From Eubacteriales bacterium (GTDB lineage: Bacteria; Bacillota; Clostridia; Oscillospirales; CAG-272), in NCBI GenBank assembly GCA_045580835.1, contig JAZNOM010000024.1, forward strand, positions 410 to 64,409: a stretch of DNA of 64,000 bases, read 5' to 3'. Positions 56,821 through 64,000 of this stretch are shown piece by piece (positions within the stretch are counted from its first letter, which is position 1; each line of letters opens with the position of its first letter). Below the pieces are notes generated by a model, which ran no database searches, was not told the origin of the DNA, and was given only the letters and a program-made list of their open reading frames with translations. Both the position numbers and the translations under genes were made by a program.

Positions 56821-58397
56821 TATTCTCTCTCCAATTCGTAGATTTTTTCTCCGTATTTATAGGTTGCAATAACTTTTATATCGCGTATTGTTTCCTTTGG
56901 AACCTCAAGCGGATTTCTGTCAAGCACAACAAAATCGGCAGCCTTGCCAACCTCGATACTTCCCTTTTTATCCTCTTCAAAATACTGATATGCCGCATTA
57001 ACGGTTACCGCGCGAAGCGCATCAAGCACCGAAATCTCCTCATCCACTAGGTGAACGCCATCACGTGTGATACGGTTTGCCGCACACCAAACGGTTTCCA
57101 GCATATCGGGCTCTATGACCGGCGCATCCTGATGGAAAGTAAATATTACGCCGTTTTCAAGTGCTGAGCGCGTAGGGCTTACCTTGTATCCGCGCTCTTT
57201 TCCGAGGTTGCGGATATGCGTATCGGCAAAATGATAGGTGTGTGCAACGAAGAAAGAAACGATAACACCGAGTTCTTTCGCCTTTGCAAGCTGGTCAACA
57301 CCCATAAGCTGACCGTGAATGATTACATGACGAAGTTCCTTTGAAGCAGGATATTCTTTTGCAACTATCTCAAGGCAACGCAAAAACTGTTCAACCGCGC
57401 CGTCACCATTTGAGTGGATTAAAATCTGTGCTTTATGCTCTGCTGCAAAACGGAACGCTTCAATAACGTCTTTATCATCATGAATAGGATTTCCTATATC
57501 TTCGCCGCTGCCGCCGAGATATGGTGTGCGTACCCATGCGGTACGTAGTTGCGGAGACCCGTCAAGGAAATACTTTATCCCTCCGACACGGGCGCGAATA
57601 CCGCTCGGAAGTTCATTCATTTCCACGCAAAGTTTTTCATACTGCCCTTTAGGCGGAATTCCAATAATATCAAGCTTTAAGTCACCGCTTTCATAAAGCC
57701 TTTTATAAATCTCTACCATGCGCGAGGTCAGATATCCGTCCTGCGCAGTTGTGATACCGTTTGAAGCATAATACTTCTGCATTTTAACATGAGCTTTGCA
57801 CGCTTGCTCAATCGAAACCGGCGGCACTTTTGCGCGAATCATCGAAAGCGCCCCCTCTTCAAGTTCACCCGTTAATTTGCCGTTTTCGGTAACAATTCTT
57901 GCGCCGGCGGGAACCGGTGTTTCGGGAGTGAGATTAAACTTTTCAATCACACGCTCGTTTACAAGACCGCTATGCACACTGCTGTGCTTTATCATAAGCA
58001 AGTGATTGGGCGCGATTGAATCAATTTGTTCTTTTGTTGGATGCGTATGCCCCTCAAAAAGCGCGTGGTCATAGTTTCTGCCGATTACCCATTCACCCTC
58101 GGGGATGTTGTTTTCGACAATATGCTTTTGAATAGCATTCTTCATATCCTCAAAATTATCAATGCCGTTAAGTGCCACCTCTCTCAGGCAAGTTGCATAC
58201 TCGGTAAGATGACTGTGCGCGTCTATAAATCCGGGAAGCATTATCTTTCCCTGCAAGTCAACAAATTCGTCTGCGCTTTCGCGAAGCTCTGCTTCGCTGC
58301 CAACTGCGAGTATTTTATCATTTTCAATCAGAACCGCCTCGGCATAAAGCGGCTCTGCCATGGTTATTATATTTCCACCGTAAAATAAAGTTTTCAT
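56820..58397 (-). CDS. Amidohydrolase family protein (YtcJ-like, amidohydro_3)
   Basis: Start ATG 58397 after AAGGAGG. LPGFIDAHSHL metal-binding motif, IHSNGD, IIHGQ, HQDAPV, GSIEVGK.ADFVVLD. Confidence 0.85.
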   Translation of the reverse strand: MKTLFYGGNIITMAEPLYAEAVLIENDKILAVGSEAELRESADEFVDLQGKIMLPGFIDAHSHLTEYATCLREVALNGIDNFEDMKNAIQKHIVENNIPEGEWVIGRNYDHALFEGHTHPTKEQIDSIAPNHLLMIKHSSVHSGLVNERVIEKFNLTPETPVPAGARIVTENGKLTGELEEGALSMIRAKVPPVSIEQACKAHVKMQKYYASNGITTAQDGYLTSRMVEIYKRLYESGDLKLDIIGIPPKGQYEKLCVEMNELPSGIRARVGGIKYFLDGSPQLRTAWVRTPYLGGSGEDIGNPIHDDKDVIEAFRFAAEHKAQILIHSNGDGAVEQFLRCLEIVAKEYPASKELRHVIIHGQLMGVDQLAKAKELGVIVSFFVAHTYHFADTHIRNLGKERGYKVSPTRSALENGVIFTFHQDAPVIEPDMLETVWCAANRITRDGVHLVDEEISVLDALRAVTVNAAYQYFEEDKKGSIEVGKAADFVVLDRNPLEVPKETIRDIKVIATYKYGEKIYELERE

Positions 58398-58472
58398 AAA
58401 TGCCTCCTTGGAACTATCCAATACTATTATAAAGTTTAGTATACACAGTTTCAAGTTAAAATTGAGCGAAAA

Positions 58473-58504
58473 AATAATAGCGGTATTTTTACCGCTATTA
58501 TTTT
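58473..58504 (-). terminator. Rho-independent terminator after the large dockerin protein gene
   Basis: 13-bp stem AATAATAGCGGTA/TACCGCTATTATT. On the minus strand it is followed by TTTTTT. Confidence 0.8.
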
Positions 58505-61500
58505 TTATTTTACAGAGAGTTTTAGAATACGGAGAACATCAAGGAGAGTGAACTTATCACCGTTTACTACTGCTTTAAGCGCTGACATAACATCCGAAAT
58601 ATCGACATCTCCGTCACCATCAACATCACCTTCTATTGCGATAAGACTTGCAACAATATCAGCGACACCTGATGTCTCGGAGCGATAAAGCGAATCGCTA
58701 TCAGTAAGATATCCCATATTTGCAAAACTATGCATATGGTCAGACGCTAAAGTATATGGGAAACTGTCTGGTTCAAAAAGATATGTAATGAGATAAGAAT
58801 CAGATGTATCAAGCGTAACAACGTATGCTCCATTTTCAAATGTAACACTTTCTGCATCACCCAAAGTTACCGCTTCGGACGAGGTGTTTACCGTATCAAT
58901 ACCGGCGTATTTACGCAAATTAAGCGTCGCACCGTTACGAATCTTTGTATACTTGATACCATGCATATCAAGTATATTTAAGATTGTATCAATGCTCTCG
59001 GCATCTGCATCTATAACATATGCAGTCGCCATGGGAACAAAGTCACTGACAGTGTCGTGATGTGTAATCGTCACAGTATCACTGCCCTTTACCGTACCGT
59101 CAAGGTAAATCGACATACGCTCTACAGTATATACAAGGTCGCCGCTTGCAGTAGTCTTTTTAGCAAATAGATTATTCTCATCATACTCGTTTACAACTGC
59201 AGCTGCTCTGCCCTCGTAAACAGTCTGTGCAAGAGTGCCTTCGTAGCCGACCACTTCATCGGTTATCGCCTTTATAGCCTGCATCATAGAGTATACCGAA
59301 CGCTCATAGCGATCCTTGCCACTGAATAAACGCATGGATTCAATAAGGAATCCGTAAGAACCGCGCGCTTGTGCATACACCCATGAAGTGTTAGGCTTGG
59401 CATTAGGGAAATAATAAAAACCGGAACGAAGTCCCTGCTCCTCAAGGGCTTCAATAGCAGAAAGATTTATCTGCATACCGATCTGCTCGGATACGGGTTC
59501 GCTGCCGTCTGCAATCGTACTTACATCAATAATAGGCGAATTGAATACGCTTGCATAACGTATAACCGCATCATCAAGATGTGAGAGCGAGTTTGTAGCA
59601 GGATACGATACCGAGTAGTCATCTTCGGAAACCTTTAGAGTGCCGCCATCGGTATGACAGTCGATATAAACAGTTGGCATAAATGTCTTATATACATAGA
59701 CCTGATTCTGTGTTCCTTCGCCGGTAAGCTGTAAGAGGTCACGCTGAGGATTGATACCGTCTGCATTCAAACGCTTGAATCTCTGGAAGTTATCTGCACT
59801 AACAGAAGGAATAAGCACTATCGCGCCAAATGAATCCATAACCTCGTCGCCGTAGTCGCCTGTGAGTGCGTTTGCAAATGCAAGCACGCCTTCAATACCT
59901 GCAGGCTCGTTTCCGTGAACTCCGCCGGACACCATAAGTATCTCGCGCACACCTCCGCCGCGAACTATTTCACCGACCTCATCAAATGTTGCATTTTCGG
60001 AAATAGCATCTTTAGTGAATACAAGAATCGGATATTGATTGCCCATTACGCTATCTTTAAATGGATAGTATACATACAGATAGTCACATTCTGCATCAAG
60101 TGCATTTGCATACTCGCAAAGTTCCGCATTGCTCATGTAGCTACGGTCATCCATTGTATGCTTTGTAAATGTAGGTGTGTCAAGCGGAACATAACCGTCA
60201 ATAGTATCTGTAGTAAAAAAGTTTTTCAGCACTTCATCGGTTGTTGTTGCCGTATACGCCTCCATATAACTATCTGCTACATACGGCTCATACGGCTGGT
60301 CATATGTAAGTTCTTCTACTTTACCCGAAATATAGAAATACTTAATATGATAATCGCCGGCTCCGTTTCCGTAGTAAACCTTGTAATAGTACACACCGGG
60401 GGCAAGGTCAGCCTCGGCATATGCCTTGCCGTCCTCACTGCCTATAGCAGGTGAAAGTTTTACACGGTTATCGGACGAAGAAAGCCCCTTGTACAAAACA
60501 AGGCTCGGCTGAGTTTTGTCTGTACCGTGAGGATTGTAATAGTAAACACGTACCTTTGTGGTTTCGTATCTGTCAGGGTAATTAACAGTATATGTAATGC
60601 TTTCCTCGCCTACAGTTTTTGTAAGGATTTCGTCAGCAACGGGTGTATAGCTTACAGTTCCCTCGGATGCGGTATCGACAACCGTAATATATGTAGCACC
60701 TGCGGTGGGAGTCCCCTCAATTATGATGGTGGTATCACCGCTCATTTTTTCAGCGGTTATACTGCTTGCATTTCCAATAGTAACGCTACCGCCGCCAATA
60801 AGCTCACTTGCGTTAACGCTACCGCCGATAGTAAGACTGCCACCTGCGCTCAAATCTATCAGCGAAGTGTCAGGGGCACTGCCAGCCTTACCACTCTTAA
60901 GTGTAACGGTGCCTGCAGCACCGCCGAGAGTTACATCACCTGCTACATCTGCGCCGTCAAGCGTAACTGTGGCAGTACCGGTTACTGTACCGTACGAAGT
61001 TGCACTTGCATATCCGCCATTTCCTCGGAGCGCAAAGTTACCGCTTGAGTGATAACCGATTTTACCGCCGTAAGCTACAGTTGTTGTATTTCCTTCAACA
61101 GTTCCGATTCGTGTACCCGCGGTAAAGTTTACACTAACTACACCGCCATACATTTCGGCAACTGAATTTCCCTTAATCACTCCGGCGTTACCGCCTACGC
61201 ACACATTGCCGGGAATATATGCGTTATCCTTTACAATGACCTTTACATTGCCCCTAACAGTTCCTTGCTGTGCTCCTGCGCAAACATAGTTAGACATTCC
61301 GGGATTTGTAAAGGTTGCGTTCTCTCGAACAGTAACAACAATTCCGCCGTCGTTGGTTTCAGTATTGCCGTACCAACCGCCGCCGTAAACATGTCTATAG
61401 AGGTCGGCATTACCATAAATATCAATAGTAATATCACCTTTAGTGGTAACATCTGCACGTGCAGCCGCGCCAAGCACATTTGAGTACACTTGTGCATCGC

Positions 61501-62308
61501 CAAAAATATTAACGGTAATATCTCCGGTGTGAGTAAGCATAGTATCAGTTTCGGATGCAAGACCATCGCCGGTTGTTCCGCCTACGATACCTACGTTAAT
61601 ACTTGAAACGCTATTGAATCTCATAACGGCATCGCCGCCTATATTTACCGTACAGTCACCTGTAAAATTTCCTACATAGCTACCACCTGCGAGAGCAAAC
61701 AAAATCTCACCGCCAAGAAAATCTACAACACTGTTTCCAGTAAAAGAATTTGTATAGTTACCGCCGTATACCGCACGCCACGTGCCACCTTTAATAATAA
61801 CATGGCTGTCACCGATATGCGCTCCGTTATATTTACCGCCGTAAATCATAGGATAGATAAGTTCTCCACCGTTCGTTGTGCAAGTAACACCTTCACCAAT
61901 GGTGAGCGTGTAGCCTCTTGCAAATATGCTCTGTTGAGTAGTGGAAGCATTGTTAATAGTGATGTTGTCGAAAGTAACATCGCCGGTAAAAACAAGTCTT
62001 GCGCCAAGATTAAACACCGCATTGTATTCTACGCCGTTATATTGCGACGTTACAGTTACGCATCCAGCAGTTGCGGCAACCTGCGTCGCTGTTGTAATTG
62101 AAGTGTCACCGCAAATAACCATCGTACCGCCGTTTGGCAATGCATTTATTCCGGCAGCGAAGGTTTTAAGTGCCGTTTCAGGTGTCGCTCCATCGCCTGC
62201 AGCGCTGACCGTGCCGTCAACATATACTACCGCATCTGTAGCAAATGCCGATACGGTAAGTAGTGCCATAATAAGGAATGCTGCGAAAAATAAGGATAGT
62301 TTTTTCAT
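58505..62308 (-). CDS. Large secreted dockerin protein: N-terminal Gly-rich parallel-beta-helix-like repeats + M14-like zinc carboxypeptidase domain + C-terminal dockerin
   Basis: Start ATG 62308 after GGAGGG. Signal peptide MKKLSLFFAAFLIMALLTVSAFA. About 500 aa of repeats of the type (V/I)YGG.Y...F.GN..V. GGVHGNEPAG (HxxE zinc motif). YIDCHTDGG (second His). C-terminus EGDVDGDGDVDISDVMSALKAVV...LLDVLRILK. Confidence 0.75.
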   Translation of the reverse strand: MKKLSLFFAAFLIMALLTVSAFATDAVVYVDGTVSAAGDGATPETALKTFAAGINALPNGGTMVICGDTSITTATQVAATAGCVTVTSQYNGVEYNAVFNLGARLVFTGDVTFDNITINNASTTQQSIFARGYTLTIGEGVTCTTNGGELIYPMIYGGKYNGAHIGDSHVIIKGGTWRAVYGGNYTNSFTGNSVVDFLGGEILFALAGGSYVGNFTGDCTVNIGGDAVMRFNSVSSINVGIVGGTTGDGLASETDTMLTHTGDITVNIFGDAQVYSNVLGAAARADVTTKGDITIDIYGNADLYRHVYGGGWYGNTETNDGGIVVTVRENATFTNPGMSNYVCAGAQQGTVRGNVKVIVKDNAYIPGNVCVGGNAGVIKGNSVAEMYGGVVSVNFTAGTRIGTVEGNTTTVAYGGKIGYHSSGNFALRGNGGYASATSYGTVTGTATVTLDGADVAGDVTLGGAAGTVTLKSGKAGSAPDTSLIDLSAGGSLTIGGSVNASELIGGGSVTIGNASSITAEKMSGDTTIIIEGTPTAGATYITVVDTASEGTVSYTPVADEILTKTVGEESITYTVNYPDRYETTKVRVYYYNPHGTDKTQPSLVLYKGLSSSDNRVKLSPAIGSEDGKAYAEADLAPGVYYYKVYYGNGAGDYHIKYFYISGKVEELTYDQPYEPYVADSYMEAYTATTTDEVLKNFFTTDTIDGYVPLDTPTFTKHTMDDRSYMSNAELCEYANALDAECDYLYVYYPFKDSVMGNQYPILVFTKDAISENATFDEVGEIVRGGGVREILMVSGGVHGNEPAGIEGVLAFANALTGDYGDEVMDSFGAIVLIPSVSADNFQRFKRLNADGINPQRDLLQLTGEGTQNQVYVYKTFMPTVYIDCHTDGGTLKVSEDDYSVSYPATNSLSHLDDAVIRYASVFNSPIIDVSTIADGSEPVSEQIGMQINLSAIEALEEQGLRSGFYYFPNAKPNTSWVYAQARGSYGFLIESMRLFSGKDRYERSVYSMMQAIKAITDEVVGYEGTLAQTVYEGRAAAVVNEYDENNLFAKKTTASGDLVYTVERMSIYLDGTVKGSDTVTITHHDTVSDFVPMATAYVIDADAESIDTILNILDMHGIKYTKIRNGATLNLRKYAGIDTVNTSSEAVTLGDAESVTFENGAYVVTLDTSDSYLITYLFEPDSFPYTLASDHMHSFANMGYLTDSDSLYRSETSGVADIVASLIAIEGDVDGDGDVDISDVMSALKAVVNGDKFTLLDVLRILKLSVK

Positions 62309-62351
62309 AGTTTCCCTCCAAATATGTTTATACAACTATATATTAGCACAC

Positions 62352-62370
62352 ATTTTACTTGACGTAAAAT
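62352..62370. promoter_or_regulatory. Candidate LysR-type binding site (T-N11-A palindrome) in the divergent intergenic region
   Basis: ATTTTAC-TTGAC-GTAAAAT, with 8 of 9 positions palindromic. It contains T-N11-A. Located between the large dockerin gene and lysR. Confidence 0.45.
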
Positions 62371-62418
62371 ACATATTGATATATTATTATATATATAAGA
62401 ATGTATAAGGAGTGCATT

Positions 62419-63285
62419 ATGGAATTATTACAGCTTAAATATTTCAGAGATGCGGCGATAACCGAAAACTTTTCACAGGTTGCCCAAAAGTATTATGTAC
62501 CACAATCATCAATCAGCCATACTATATCACGACTTGAAGATGAACTTGGCTTGAAATTGTTTACCAGAAGCGGCAGAAAAGTTAGGCTTAATGAAGCAGG
62601 CAAAGCCTTTTACGAAGAAATAGATGCTGCACTTGCCAAAATTGAAAAAGGCATACGGCGAGTAAATAACATGAAGCACAACACTGTACGCCTTTCGATG
62701 TTACAAGGAACGGTTGCAATGATTCCTCTCATTAGTGATTTCCAAAAGAAAAATCCTGATATAGAAATCACCTTTGCAAATCCAAGCGACAAGCTCAAAG
62801 GCAATCTCTTTTTTGACTTGCGTGTCGCCACAAAACCATCAGAGTCAGAAAAGAACTGCACCTCCGTTCCATTATTTGAAGAAAGAATACTTACCGCTAT
62901 CCCTGCTTCGCATCCACTTGCAAAAAAGGAATCAATTACTATAAATGATATAAGAGGAATCCCTATAATAGGTCTTTACCCCGGCTCCGGAATGTACAAT
63001 CTTATGAACGGATATTTCGCACGCAATGAATACGCCCCAGAAATAAAAGTGGAGAGTGAAAACCACACCACTGTTGCTCAATTTGTAAAAGAGGGATATG
63101 GAATTGCGTTTTATCCAGAGATATCATGGTCTGCTGTCGGTACCGAGGGGATAGTGTCACTTCCCTTTGCTGACTTCGACTGCAAAAGAACCGTTTATAT
63201 GTTCTATCCGAATGACTATGAACCGTCAGATGCAACTAAAAGGTTTATGGAGTTTGCAATAAATTGGTTTAAAAAAGGAAGGTGA
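62419..63285 (+). CDS. LysR family transcriptional regulator
   Basis: MELLQLKYFRDAAITENFSQVAQKYYVPQSSISHTISRLEDELGLKLFTR is the canonical LysR HTH. RBS AAGGAG 6 nt upstream of ATG 62419. Confidence 0.92.
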   Translation: MELLQLKYFRDAAITENFSQVAQKYYVPQSSISHTISRLEDELGLKLFTRSGRKVRLNEAGKAFYEEIDAALAKIEKGIRRVNNMKHNTVRLSMLQGTVAMIPLISDFQKKNPDIEITFANPSDKLKGNLFFDLRVATKPSESEKNCTSVPLFEERILTAIPASHPLAKKESITINDIRGIPIIGLYPGSGMYNLMNGYFARNEYAPEIKVESENHTTVAQFVKEGYGIAFYPEISWSAVGTEGIVSLPFADFDCKRTVYMFYPNDYEPSDATKRFMEFAINWFKKGR

Positions 63286-63301
63286 AACTCACCTTCCTTT
63301 T
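63271..63301. terminator. Bidirectional terminator between lysR (+) and the zinc-ribbon gene (-)
   Basis: AAAAAA-GGAAGGTGA-aac-TCACCTTCC-TTTTATTT. The lysR stop codon lies in the stem. Confidence 0.8.
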
Positions 63302-63587
63302 ATTTAGCATAATACTCATATTTACAAAACGGGCATTTGGGATAGTCAAAGTCATGTTTTTTACCGCATTTCGGGCACTCTTTTTGAGGGAGCTCTTCTT
63401 CAAGAGTATCCGCCATGAAAAATTCAAGTTTTCCGCAAGTTTTGCATGCATATATGTCCACTTCCAACGCACCGGAAATTAAATTGGATAGGTCTCCAAG
63501 TATCCATCCGGTTTGACCGAGTTGCAGTTTTTCCCGCCCTATGTAACGCATTTCTTCATTGCAACGCAAGCATGATATGTTTTTCAT
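63300..63587 (-). CDS. Small zinc-ribbon protein
   Basis: 95 aa from ATG 63587 (GAGGTG 6 nt upstream). Cys pairs CLRC..., CKTC, CPKC...CPFC. Confidence 0.6.
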   Translation of the reverse strand: MKNISCLRCNEEMRYIGREKLQLGQTGWILGDLSNLISGALEVDIYACKTCGKLEFFMADTLEEELPQKECPKCGKKHDFDYPKCPFCKYEYYAK

Positions 63588-63638
63588 AAGCTTCACCTCA
63601 AATGTATTATAACATACCGTTAAAAAGTTGTAAACACT

Positions 63639-64000
63639 TCATTCCGCCTGCTTTTTCTGCATACGTCTCCAATTTATAAAGCCGTAGATGTCGTTGACGA
63701 GAAAAGTGATAAAGCAAATTACAACGGATATATATGAAATATCACTTATAGATGCAAGTATCCAAAGGATAATTAAAACGATATCGTTTGCGGCATATGC
63801 CAGTGCGTAATACGGACTGCGTTTATACATAAGGAAAACCGCAAAAAAGCTTGTAGATACCGACAGAGTGCTCGGAATAAGGTTAGCAGTATCAAAATAG
63901 GCAAGTACAAAATAAAATACTGTTGTTACAAGAATAGTCAGTAAAATCATAGATATAATGTCATTGCGGCGAAGTTTTCGTACGGCGACTTCTGAAACAT
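63639..64000 (-). CDS. pnuC: Nicotinamide riboside transporter PnuC, with the 5-prime end outside the window
   Basis: C-terminal region YALAYAANDIVLIILWI........ISVVICFITFLVNDIYGFINWRRM is typical of PnuC. The reading frame stays open to position 64000. Confidence 0.75.
   Translation of the reverse strand, partial: VSEVAVRKLRRNDIISMILLTILVTTVFYFVLAYFDTANLIPSTLSVSTSFFAVFLMYKRSPYYALAYAANDIVLIILWILASISDISYISVVICFITFLVNDIYGFINWRRMQKKQAE

Noticed and set aside
1-64000. Search by eye for tRNA, rRNA, CRISPR repeats, IS or transposase genes, integrase, phage genes, toxin-antitoxin pairs and known defence genes.
   Set aside because: No ORF has recombinase, transposase, reverse-transcriptase, nuclease-helicase or Cas-type motifs. 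No regularly spaced direct repeats were seen. Intergenic regions are short, and promoters, terminators or the leaders described account for them. A computational scan with tRNAscan, Infernal, CRISPR finders and defence-system HMMs is still needed to make this negative result firm.

Overview
This is a 64-kb chromosomal segment from a low-GC Gram-positive anaerobe of the class Clostridia. Dockerin-bearing secreted enzymes together with sporulation and germination genes (yunB, whiA, an SleC-like protein) suggest a Ruminococcus/Oscillospiraceae-like organism, but I cannot confirm this without a database search. I can support about 60 protein-coding genes. By eye I found no rRNA, tRNA, CRISPR array, transposase, integrase or prophage gene.

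Positions 1-48.9 kb are tightly packed housekeeping genes:
- yunB, a DivIVA-like gene, an orphan hydro-lyase beta subunit and an XRE regulator.
- A five-gene biotin-dependent carboxyltransferase / Na+-pump cluster.
- rplS on the opposite strand.
- The array apgM-like, lepB, rbgA, rnhB, yraN, dipeptidase, thrC.
- tig, clpP, clpX.
- A 17.5-kb minus-strand block with almost no gaps: nusB, xseAB, ispA, tlyA, nadK, argR, recN, tyrS, murB, whiA, dnaE, PBP1A and an HPr-like gene.
- An SGNH / lipoprotein pair.
- A GNAT-MATE operon behind a structured leader that ends in a terminator.
- prs.
- An SleC-like peptidoglycan-binding cluster.
- ctsR-mcsA-mcsB-clpC with textbook CtsR operators.

Positions 48.9-63.6 kb look accessory:
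- Two tandem paralogous dockerin proteins with a GH43-like domain, co-transcribed with a YcxB-like membrane protein.
- A secreted repeat protein translationally coupled to a minimal MGMT.
- An esterase / amidohydrolase pair.
- A 1267-aa dockerin protein combining a beta-helix region with an M14-like peptidase domain, divergent from a LysR regulator.
- A zinc-ribbon protein and a truncated pnuC.

I do not see a recognisable defence island or mobile element, and no clearly novel multi-gene system. The best leads are:
1. The unclassified leader RNA upstream of GNAT-MATE.
2. The cluster with two carboxyltransferases, one biotin carrier and one Na+-pump subunit.
3. The dockerin-bearing beta-helix / M14 protein and its LysR neighbour.
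4. The tandem GH43-like paralogs, which carry an unusual third-blade motif.

All family assignments come from motif recognition in the supplied translations, not from searches.
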